From Clostridium sp. 28_17 (GTDB lineage: Bacteria > Bacillota > Clostridia > TANB77 > CAG-508): DNA of 64,000 nucleotides. The stretch covers positions 47-64,046 of the forward strand of contig MNRS01000016.1 of assembly GCA_001916065.1 (NCBI GenBank). Reading direction: 5' to 3'. The first letter of the stretch is position 1; the number at the start of each line of letters is the position of its first letter. A program made the translations under genes and the position numbers. This document shows, one piece after another, positions 45,645 through 55,300 of this stretch. The notes under the pieces were generated by a model that was given only the letters and a program-made list of their open reading frames with translations, was not told the DNA's origin and did no database searches.

Positions 45645-46352
45645 TTGTCAGAAGCGAAATATAAAAGAGTACTTTTAAAACTAAGTGGAGAAGCACTAGC
45701 AGGAGAACAAAAAACAGGAGTAAACGTAGAAGTAGTAGGAAAAATATGTGACAAAATAAAAGAAGTAACAGAAATGGGAGTAGAAGTAGGAATAGTAGTA
45801 GGAGGAGGAAACTTCTGGAGAGGAAGAAACGGACACCAAATGGAAAGAGCCACAGCAGACTACATGGGAATGTTAGCAACTGCAATGAACGGCTTAGCAC
45901 TACAAGATGCACTAGAAGCAAGAGGAGTACACTCAAGAGTACAAACTGCAATAGAAATGAGAGAAATAGCAGAACCATTTATAATAAGAAAAGCAGAAAA
46001 ACATTTAGGAAGAGGCAGAGTTGTAATATTTGCATGTGGAACAGGGCATCCATATTTCACAACAGATACAGCAGCAGTACTAAGAGCAACAGAAATAAAT
46101 GCAGACATCATTTTATTAGGAAAAGCAATAGATGCAGTATATTCTGCAGACCCTAAATTAGACCCAACAGCAGAAAAATTTGACAAAATATCATATTTAG
46201 AAGTATTAGAAAAAGACTTAAAAGTTATGGATTCAACTGCAACTGCATTATGTAGAGATAACAATATTCCATTATTAGTATTTGGAATAGCAGACCCAGA
46301 AAACATAGTAAGAGCAGTAAAAGGCGAACATATAGGAACAATAGTAAAATAG
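45645..46352 (+). CDS. pyrH: UMP kinase
   Basis: [13 protein letters not shown] and GGGNFWRG. The start is probably TTG 45645, 8 nt after GGAGAG; the ORF-track start GTG 45636 overlaps the RBS. Confidence 0.93.
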   Translation: MSEAKYKRVLLKLSGEALAGEQKTGVNVEVVGKICDKIKEVTEMGVEVGIVVGGGNFWRGRNGHQMERATADYMGMLATAMNGLALQDALEARGVHSRVQTAIEMREIAEPFIIRKAEKHLGRGRVVIFACGTGHPYFTTDTAAVLRATEINADIILLGKAIDAVYSADPKLDPTAEKFDKISYLEVLEKDLKVMDSTATALCRDNNIPLLVFGIADPENIVRAVKGEHIGTIVK

Positions 46353-46420
46353 AAAATGTCATTTTGAGGTATCGGTTTCAAAATGGATAATGGTAAAATA
46401 AAGAAAAGAGGTATAAGATT

Positions 46421-46969
46421 ATGGATTACACAAATATTAAAGAAAAAATGGAAAAATGTATAAGCGTATACAGTGAAAAATTATCAGAAGTTAGAGCAGG
46501 AAGAGCAAATCCTGCAATATTAAACAAAGTAAAAATAGACTATTATGGAACACCAACACCAATAAATCAAGTAGCAGGTGTATCAGTTCCAGAAGCAAGA
46601 TTAATAGTTATTCAACCATGGGATATGAGCATATTAAAAGAAATTGAAAAAGCAATATTGGCTTCAGACATAGGAATAAATCCAAACAATGATGGAAAAG
46701 TAATCAGATTAGCATTCCCAGAACTAACAGAAGAAAGAAGAAAAGAATTAGTAAAAGACATCAAAAAAATGGCAGAAGAAGCAAAAGTAGCAGTAAGATC
46801 AGTTAGAAGAGATGGAATAGAAACAGCAAAAGCAGAACAAAAAGAAGGAAATATGACAGAAGATGAATTAAAACAAGCAGAAAATGACATTCAAAAATTA
46901 ACAGATAGTAGTGTAGAAGAAATTGATAAAATATTAGCAAACAAAGAAAAAGAAGTAATGTCTGTATAA
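46421..46969 (+). CDS. frr: Ribosome recycling factor
   Basis: VRAGRANPAILNKVKIDYYG and RSVRRD motifs. The gene follows pyrH. Confidence 0.95.
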   Translation: MDYTNIKEKMEKCISVYSEKLSEVRAGRANPAILNKVKIDYYGTPTPINQVAGVSVPEARLIVIQPWDMSILKEIEKAILASDIGINPNNDGKVIRLAFPELTEERRKELVKDIKKMAEEAKVAVRSVRRDGIETAKAEQKEGNMTEDELKQAENDIQKLTDSSVEEIDKILANKEKEVMSV

Positions 46970-46985
46970 AAGGGAAGGACCAAAA

Positions 46986-47885
46986 ATGGAATTTAAACAA
47001 AATCTAAAAATGTATCAAGATATAGTAAATAATGAATTAGAAAAATATCTTAGAAAAGAAGAATGTCCAGAAAAGACTTTAAATAATTCAATGGAATATA
47101 GTTTAATGGCAGGAGGAAAAAGACTAAGACCAATTTTGGTATTAGCAACATATCAATTATTTAAAGAAGATATTGAAGAAGCAATGCCATTTGCAGTAGC
47201 AATAGAAATGGTGCATAATTTTTCATTAATACACGATGACTTGCCAGAAGTAGATAATGATGATTTTAGACATGGAAAACCAACAAATCATAAACAATTT
47301 AATCATCCAACTGCATTGCTTGCAGGAGATGGCTTATTAAACCAAGCATATATAGTATTAAGTGACGAAATATTGTACTCTGCAGAAAATCAATATAAAG
47401 AAAACTTTTGTGAAAAAGTAAGAGCATTTAATGAATTTTCAAAAGCAGTTGACAGAATGATAGCGGGAGAATATTTAGATACAGAATTAGAAGGTAAGCA
47501 AATTTCAAAAGAAATGCTTGAATATATTCATATAAACAAAACAGGGGCATTACTAAAATTATGTGTAAGAATGGGTGCGATTTTGGCAGGTGCTTCAGAA
47601 AAAGATTTAAAAAAATTAACAAAATATGCAGAAAACATTGGATTGGCATTTCAAATAAAAGATGATATTTTATCTGAAGAAGGTGACCCAAAAATTACTG
47701 GAAAACCAGTTGGAAACGACAAGGAAATGGGCAAATGTACATATGTATCATATTATGGTTTAGATGGTGCAAAAAAAGAACTAGATAAAATAACTCAAGA
47801 GGCAATTGAGCAATTAAAAGATTATGGAGAAAAAGCAGAATTTTTAAGCCAATTAGCAACATATATTAAAAATAGAAATAAATAA
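46986..47885 (+). CDS. ispA: Polyprenyl (farnesyl/geranylgeranyl) diphosphate synthase, IspA-like
   Basis: The first Asp-rich motif LIHDDLPEVDNDDFRHGKPT and the second, FQIKDDIL. Confidence 0.8.
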   Translation: MEFKQNLKMYQDIVNNELEKYLRKEECPEKTLNNSMEYSLMAGGKRLRPILVLATYQLFKEDIEEAMPFAVAIEMVHNFSLIHDDLPEVDNDDFRHGKPTNHKQFNHPTALLAGDGLLNQAYIVLSDEILYSAENQYKENFCEKVRAFNEFSKAVDRMIAGEYLDTELEGKQISKEMLEYIHINKTGALLKLCVRMGAILAGASEKDLKKLTKYAENIGLAFQIKDDILSEEGDPKITGKPVGNDKEMGKCTYVSYYGLDGAKKELDKITQEAIEQLKDYGEKAEFLSQLATYIKNRNK

Positions 47886-47948
47886 AATCTGTAAAAAGGG
47901 ATGCCACTTTTTGACAGGGAATAAAAAAATGACAGATGGGGGAACAAA

Positions 47949-48656
47949 ATGGAACAAGATAATTTGCCAAAACATATAGCAATTATAATGGATGGAAATA
48001 GAAGATGGGCTAAAAATAAAAATTTGCCAGTAAGTTTAGGACATAAAGAAGGTGCAAAAACTCTAGAAAAAGTAGTTAGATATGCAAATAAAATTGGTAT
48101 AAAATATATAACAGTATATGCATTTTCAACAGAAAACTGGAAAAGAACAACAGAAGAAGTTACTGCATTAATGAACTTATTTCAAAGTTATTTGGATGAT
48201 TATAGTAAAAGAGCGGATTCGGAAAATATCAAAGTAAAAATAATTGGAAATAGACAAGGTTTATCAGAAAAGATGCAAAAAAGTATAGAAAAATGCATGG
48301 AAAGAACAAAAGACAATACTGGAATTGTATTTAATATAGCACTAAATTATGGTGGAAGAGACGAAATATTGGGAGCAGTAAAGAATATTGCAAAAAAAAT
48401 ACAAAATAATGAAGTAAAAATTGAAGATATAACAGAGCAAATGATATCAGACAATTTATATACTGCAAATCAGCCAGATCCAGATTTGTTAATAAGAACA
48501 AGTGGAGAGTTACGTTTAAGTAATTTCTTACCATGGCAATTAGCATATACAGAATTTTTATTTGTAGATAAAAATTGGCCTGACTTTAATGAAAAAGATT
48601 TAGATGATGCAATAGAAGTTTATAAAAGTAGAAATAGAAAATTTGGGGCAAAATAA
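47949..48656 (+). CDS. uppS: Undecaprenyl diphosphate synthase (isoprenyl transferase)
   Basis: HIAIIMDGNRRWA, FSTENWKR and IRTSGELRLSNFLPWQ. Confidence 0.95.
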   Translation: MEQDNLPKHIAIIMDGNRRWAKNKNLPVSLGHKEGAKTLEKVVRYANKIGIKYITVYAFSTENWKRTTEEVTALMNLFQSYLDDYSKRADSENIKVKIIGNRQGLSEKMQKSIEKCMERTKDNTGIVFNIALNYGGRDEILGAVKNIAKKIQNNEVKIEDITEQMISDNLYTANQPDPDLLIRTSGELRLSNFLPWQLAYTEFLFVDKNWPDFNEKDLDDAIEVYKSRNRKFGAK

Positions 48657-48749
48657 AAAATTTGAAAAGAGTTAATAGTGAGAACAAATCATTTTAAATT
48701 TTTATATTTGTTCACTAATGAATGAGCGAAGAGGAGAGAAAGAATAGGT

Positions 48750-49553
48750 ATGGATTTTAAAAGAATAACATCAGGATTTATAGTAGGTTTAGCCCTTATA
48801 GTATTGTTATTAATTCAAAATAATATAATAACAGGACTAATGTTTACACTTATTGCAATTGTAGCAATGCATGAATATTTAGGAGCAATATCAAAAGTAT
48901 GTAAACCTATAAAATGGATATCATATTTAAGTTGTGCATTGGTATTATTGCCAAGTTTTATATCAAGCCAACAATTAACAGGAAGCCTAATTTATGCAAT
49001 TCCAATAATATTATTAATATTATTTGCGAATGTAATAGCAACAGATATGAATACATCATTTAAAGACATGGCATACACATTGCTTGGAATATGTTATGTA
49101 CCAACATTTATAATGTTTTTAACAATGATAGATAAAATGCAAAACGGAAAAATATTGTTGGGATATATATTTATTGCATCATGGGGAACAGATGTATTTG
49201 CATATTGCATAGGAAAAAGATTTGGAAAACACAAATTTAGTAAAGTAAGTCCTAAAAAATCGATAGAAGGTTGTGTTGCTGGAACGATTGGAGCAACTGC
49301 GTTAGCACTTATTTATACATTTGTTTTAAATAATAATTTTTCTTTTGAATATTCATATTTTGTAGTAGGAATATCAGGAATAGTATTAAGTTTGATAGGT
49401 CAAATAGGTGATTTTTCAGCATCTTGTATAAAAAGATATGTTGATATAAAAGATTATAGTAATTTATTACCAGGTCATGGAGGAATGCTTGACAGAATAG
49501 ATAGTGTATTATTTATAGCACCATTTGCATATATGTTATTTACTTTAATTTAA
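48750..49553 (+). CDS. cdsA: Phosphatidate cytidylyltransferase
   Basis: A polytopic protein with SPKKSIEGCVAG and GHGGMLDRIDS motifs. Confidence 0.92.
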   Translation: MDFKRITSGFIVGLALIVLLLIQNNIITGLMFTLIAIVAMHEYLGAISKVCKPIKWISYLSCALVLLPSFISSQQLTGSLIYAIPIILLILFANVIATDMNTSFKDMAYTLLGICYVPTFIMFLTMIDKMQNGKILLGYIFIASWGTDVFAYCIGKRFGKHKFSKVSPKKSIEGCVAGTIGATALALIYTFVLNNNFSFEYSYFVVGISGIVLSLIGQIGDFSASCIKRYVDIKDYSNLLPGHGGMLDRIDSVLFIAPFAYMLFTLI

Positions 49554-49559
49554 AAATTT

Positions 49560-49626
49560 CGGGATTGGGGGACAGGTCTTTAATCCCGAAAAAAAATCGA
49601 GATTAAAGACCTGTCCCCCAATCCCG
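49560..49626. repeat. Inverted pair of the palindromic element between cdsA and rseP
   Basis: CGGGATTGGGGGACAGGTCTTTAATCCCG at 49560-49588 and CGAGATTAAAGACCTGTCCCCCAATCCCG at 49598-49626. Both carry the same ACAGG variant. Confidence 0.85.
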
Positions 49627-49644
49627 AAATAAGGAGGCATAAAT

Positions 49645-50923
49645 TTGACAATTATAATATCAGCCTTAAAGATAATATTTTTACTTGGATTTCTAATTTT
49701 GATACATGAGGCAGGACACTTGCTAGTAGCAAAACTTTGCAAAGTTAAAGTAAATGAATTTGCAATAGGTTTTGGACCAACAATATGGAAAAAACAAGGA
49801 AAAGAAACCAAATATGCACTAAGATTAATACCATTACGGTGGATTTTGCAGTATGGAAGGCGAAGAAGAAAGATCAGAAAATGAGGGTTCTTTTTCAAAA
49901 GCAAGTATACCAAAAAGAATTGCTATAGTTATTGCAGGTGCAACAGTAAATATCATATTTGGATTATTAGTATATTTTGTTTTAATGTCAACAGGTACAA
50001 CATATGTAACAAATGAAATAAGTTCAGTATTAGATGGATATGTTGCACAAGAAGTAGGATTGCAACAAAATGACAAAATTGTAGAATTAGATGGAAAGAA
50101 AATCAAGAACAAATATGACTTAAGTAAAGCAATGACTAAAGTTACAGAACCAAATGATAAAAACGAAAAATACAATGGAGAAGAAATTTCTTTAAAAGTA
50201 GAAAGAAATGGCCAAACATTGGAATATCAAATAAAACCAACAGAGATAAAAACAAAAAATACAGGAATATATTTAGATAAAAACTGTAAAATAATATCTA
50301 TTGAAAAAGATAGTAGCGCAGAAAAAGTTGGATTAAAGGCAAATGATAAAATAACTAAAATTAATAATCAAGAAATAAATGGTGATTATAATAAAATTGT
50401 AAATATGATTCAAGAAAAAGGTGTTAATACAATACTTATAACTGTAGAAAGAAAAGAGCAACAAATAACATTTGAATTTACACCAGATTATATTTCATCA
50501 TATTATTTAGGAGTAAATTTAAAACAAGCAGAGAACACATTAGCAAATCATTTGATATATGGTGGAATAGAAACAAAAGAATTTGCAGGTTCTATATTAG
50601 ACAATATAAAAATGCTATTTACAGGAGGAGTAAGTGTAGACCAAATGATGGGACCTGTTGGAATATCAGAAGTTGTTGCAAAAACTAACGGTCTTAGAGA
50701 ATTTATATATATGTTGGCTTTGATTTCACTATCACTAGGTGTAACAAATTTATTGCCAATTCCAGCACTTGATGGTGGCAAAATTTTAATATTAATAATT
50801 GAAGCAATTAGAAGAAAACCATTAAATGAAAGAACAGAAATAAATATACAATTGATAGGATTTTCAATTTTAATAGCATTATCATTATATATAACTTATA
50901 ATGATATCCTAAGAATTTTTTAA
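49645..50923 (+). CDS. rseP: RIP metalloprotease RseP (site-2 protease), split by a 1-nt frameshift
   Basis: The HEAGHLLVA motif (HExxH), PDZ-like regions and NLLPIPALDGG. Removing C 49837 restores LIPLGGFCSMEGEEE and joins the ORFs 49645-49884 and 49853-50923. Confidence 0.9.
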
Positions 50924-50989
50924 ATGAGGTGTAAGACACAAAATTATCAAAATATGTAATAATTAAAGACCTCAAAAAAGGAGAAAAAA

Positions 50990-52150
50990 ATGGATGATAA
51001 AAAGGGAAATATAATATTAGGAATAATACTTGCAATATTGATGATAATTGCAATAGCAATTGTGGTTATTAATCCAAACAAAGTTGAAACAGTAAATTAT
51101 GCCAAAGAACAGGGAAATACAAATAGTGAAGAGGTAACTGCAAACACAAATAAAACAAATAATGAAGAACTAGAAAAGGAAGAAAAACAAAAAAGTATGC
51201 AAGAGGGAAAAACATTCTGTAAAATAGGAAAAACAGGTGTGATTTACGAAGACAAAAACAAATGTATATATGCATATAATGTGGAAGATGGTACAACTAA
51301 AAAATTAGCACAGCTTCCAAATGGAGCAAGTAAAATATATTTTGACGGTGAAAATATATTTGCAATTCCAGACTATTATAGCGGAAAAGGAATTTATAAA
51401 ATAGATTTGGAAGGAAATGTTACTAAAATTTATGATGGTTCATCTTTACAATTATGGATAACAGATGAGAAAGTATATTTTGTAAATCAAATAGGATATG
51501 ATACTATAAATCAAAATCCACAGGGAACAATATGCTCTATGGACAAAGATGGAAAAAATGTAAAAAATATAGCAGAAAAAATAAAAAATTATTTTGCGAT
51601 AAATAATGATAAAATATATTATACTGCTCAAAACAGAAAAATGCATGAAATAAATACAGATGGTTCTAATGATACAGAAATAGCGCAAGGAAGAAAATTT
51701 ATAATAACTTTAAATGATAAATATTTAACATATGTAGATTATGCGGAACAGGAAGCAATACATATATTAAACTTGGAAACAAAAGATGATATGTTGGTTG
51801 GATATTTTGGTATGGTTAGAGAATATGCAGGGAATACATATATAAATATTAGAAAAAGACTTGATGATGGTTCATTGGATGAAAAATATACTTTGTTTAA
51901 TGTTAAAGAAGATGGTACTGCAACAGAAATTGGTCAATTTGCAGATTTTGGAACTAATTTAAATTATATTATTAATGATAAAATTTATGTTGGAAATAGT
52001 AGAGATGGAGTTTCTATTGTTAATTTGAAAAATGGTGAGAAGCAAACTGCAGAGGATTACAATAATTGCAGATATTATCTAGGTGGATATGGATATAAAG
52101 TTGATGATTCTAATTTGGATGATATTAAAGTTGAAAAAATAGAATTGTAA
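50990..52150 (+). CDS. Membrane-anchored DUF5050-like beta-propeller protein
   Basis: An N-terminal TM segment. Repeated motifs (KIYFDGENIF, KVYFVNQ, KIYYTAQNRKMHEINTDGSN, KIYVGN) are typical of DUF5050. Confidence 0.6.
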   Translation: MDDKKGNIILGIILAILMIIAIAIVVINPNKVETVNYAKEQGNTNSEEVTANTNKTNNEELEKEEKQKSMQEGKTFCKIGKTGVIYEDKNKCIYAYNVEDGTTKKLAQLPNGASKIYFDGENIFAIPDYYSGKGIYKIDLEGNVTKIYDGSSLQLWITDEKVYFVNQIGYDTINQNPQGTICSMDKDGKNVKNIAEKIKNYFAINNDKIYYTAQNRKMHEINTDGSNDTEIAQGRKFIITLNDKYLTYVDYAEQEAIHILNLETKDDMLVGYFGMVREYAGNTYINIRKRLDDGSLDEKYTLFNVKEDGTATEIGQFADFGTNLNYIINDKIYVGNSRDGVSIVNLKNGEKQTAEDYNNCRYYLGGYGYKVDDSNLDDIKVEKIEL

Positions 52151-52234
52151 TAAAAAACAAAGCATCAAAACTAGCAACAGAAATCAATAAATTATGTGAA
52201 GGTTTAGAAAATAGAATAGGAAAATTACAGAAAA

Positions 52235-52263
52235 AGCAAGATTAAAATTATCTTGCTTTTTTT
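52235..52263 (+). terminator. Rho-independent terminator
   Basis: AGCAAGAT-TAAAAT-ATCTTGCT, then TTTTTTT. Confidence 0.75.
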
Positions 52264-52389
52264 GACCTGTTCGCTTTAACAAAATGGCAATTTGTGATAA
52301 AATACAACAAAAGAAAAAACATCTTGGAACCGGACCAAAACAGAACAGGTCCCAAAAGAACATTAGCGAAATGGAGTGAATCAAAAGCA

Positions 52390-55300
52390 ATGTCAGAAAA
52401 TAAAGCAAAAAAAGTAAAAGAAATATTCAGTGATTATGAAACAAAAGCAAATATAAAAGAAGCATATGTTAAAGCACTAAATGTAATAAAAAGCACAACT
52501 ACATTAGGAATAACATTGGAAATAGACGAATACATAGAAGTAAAAGACATATGGTATTTTGAAAAATTCTTAATAGAAAGATTCCATTTTTCAAACATAG
52601 ATATGACAATCCATTACCAAAAAGACACGCAATTAAAATCAGTAAAAGAAGAATGGAAAAACATCATATGCTATATGGCACATAAATATCCATTAATGAA
52701 ACCAATGCTATTAATGAAAAGTGATGTTGAAATAAATGACAATATAATAAATGTAAAAATGCATATAAGAGGTGCAGACTTTTTAAGAGCAAAGAAAACA
52801 GATAAAGAGTTAGAAAATGTAATTAAAAAATTATATGGAAAAGAATACAAAATTGAACTTGAAGAAATTTTGCCACAAGAAGCGGAAATACAACATGAAA
52901 AGAAAATTAAAGAAATGGAAGAAAATGCAATAAAACAAACAGTCGCATTCATTCCAGAAAACGGAGAAAACTCAGAAAATGGACAACACACTGCAAATAC
53001 TCAAAATTTTCCAAATTCAGCATCAAATGGAACAAATTCTGTACACAACCAAAATAATTCTCAAAACGAAGTGCCAGAATATAATGACCCAGACTACATG
53101 CCACCACAAGACGGAGACTATATTCCAATGGAAGAAATGGGAACAATGCCAGAAGATATGGAATTAGATAATGCCGTTATAGAAGAACAAAAATACATAA
53201 TGGGAAAACCATCAAAAGCAAAAGAAAAACTAATTAAAATAAAAGATATAACTGCAAATGATGGTAGAGTAGCACTTGAAGGAAGAGTGCTAACAGTTGA
53301 ATGTAGAGAAACAAAATCGGGCAAAGGAATGCTTATAATTGACCTATATGATGGAACAGGCACAATGACATGTAAATCATTTGCCAAAGATATCAAAGAA
53401 GGAAATGAAATAAAAGCACAAATAGAACAAGCAAAAGGAATAAAAGTTATAGGAAAAGCAGGACTTGACACATATGTAGGAGATGTAACAGTAATTGCAA
53501 ACACAATAATTGAAATAGAAAACAATATTCCAGATCTTCCAAAAGAAGACGAAGAAGAAGATACACCATTAATTTTAGGAAAAACAATGAACATAACCGC
53601 TCCACTTGCAAAAGTTTCAGAACTAGGACCAGAAGACGGAGCAGTTTCATTAGATGGTGAGATTATCTTTATGGAAGATAGAGAATTAAAATCTGGAAAA
53701 ACATTATTAAGTTTTGATTTATATGATGGAACAAGTACACTTACATGTAAAGCCTTCCTAGAAAAAGGAAAAGCTAAAAAAATAATAAAAAGAATGGGTA
53801 GTGTAAAAGGTATAAAAATTGAAGGAAATGCGCAAATGGACTCATTTTCAGGTGAACTTACTGTTATGGCAAATACCATCGTAGAAAGTACAGGTGTAAA
53901 AAAAGAAGTAAGACAAGACAACGCAGAAGTAAAAAGAGTAGAATTACACATGCACACCAAAATGAGCCAAATGGATGCAGTAACATCAGCAACAGACTTG
54001 ATAAAAAGAGCAATGAAATGGGGAATGAAATCAATAGCAATAACAGACCATGGAGTTGCACAAGCATTCCCAGAAGCATATCACCTAGTTGGCGACGATA
54101 ATCCGGATATCAAAATAATATATGGTGTAGAAGCATATTTAGCGCCAGATAATACAAAATCAATTTATAATGGAAAGGGACAAGACATAGATGCAACATA
54201 TTGTGTACTTGACCTAGAAACAACAGGATTTTCAGCAACAAATGATAGAATTACAGAAATAGGAATAATGAAAGTTAAAAATAAAGAAGTAATAGACGAA
54301 TTCAGTTGCTTTGTAAATCCAGAAAGACATATTCCAGAAAGAGTTACAGAAGTTACAAACATATCAGACGATATGGTAAAAGATGCAGAAACAATTGAAA
54401 AAGTATTCCCTAAAATGTTGGAATTTTTAGGTGACCAAAATGAAACTGTAATAGTAGCACATAATGCAAATTTTGATGTTGGTTTCTTAAAACAAAATGC
54501 AAAAAGATTAGGGTATGACTTTGATTATTCATACTTAGATACATTAAGTTTGGCCAAAGATTTATTCCCAGAGTATAAAAAATATAAATTAGGAAAAATT
54601 GCGGAAAATTTAGGAATTAAGGTAGAAGTAGCACATAGAGCTTTAGATGATGTTGATACAACAGTTAAAGTATTTAATGTAATGATAGATATGTTAAAGG
54701 AAAAGGGAGCAAAAAAACTAGAAGATATAGACCAAGTTGCAGCAGATCCAGTAGCAAAAGCAGAAGAATACAAAAAATTAAAAACATATCATGCTATCAT
54801 TTTAGCAAAAAACTATGTGGGATTACGAAATTTATATAGATTAATTTCACTTTCACATGTTAATTATTTTTATAGAAAACCTAGAATATTAAAAAGCTTA
54901 TACAAAAAATATTCAGAAGGTTTAATACTTGGAAGTGCATGTGAGGCAGGTGAACTATATCAGGCAATAGAACAAGGACGTCCAGATGAAGAGATTGAAG
55001 CGATTGCAAATGACTATGATTACTTAGAAATTCAACCAACAGGAAATAATCAATTCTTGATTAGAAATGGAATTGTAAGAGATGTTGAAGATTTAAGAGA
55101 TATCAACAGAAAAATTGTTGCATTAGGTGAAAAATTAAACAAATTAGTTGTTGCAACATGTGATGTTCATTTTATGGATCCACAAGACGAAATTTATAGA
55201 AGAATATTAGAAGCGGGACAAAAATATGAAGATGCAGACAATCAAGCACCATTATATTTAAGAACAACAGAAGAAATGCTTGAAGAGTTCAGTTATTTAG

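Noticed and set aside
49545-49913. A minus-strand 122-aa ORF spanning the cdsA-rseP spacer
   Set aside because: It runs through the palindromic-element pair and lies antisense to the rseP start region that carries the HExxH motif. It has no RBS.
48750-52150. Absence of dxr (and ispG/proS) between cdsA, rseP and polC as evidence that the MEP pathway has been lost
   Set aside because: Gene order varies among Firmicutes, and the genes may lie elsewhere in the genome. This cannot be judged from a single window.
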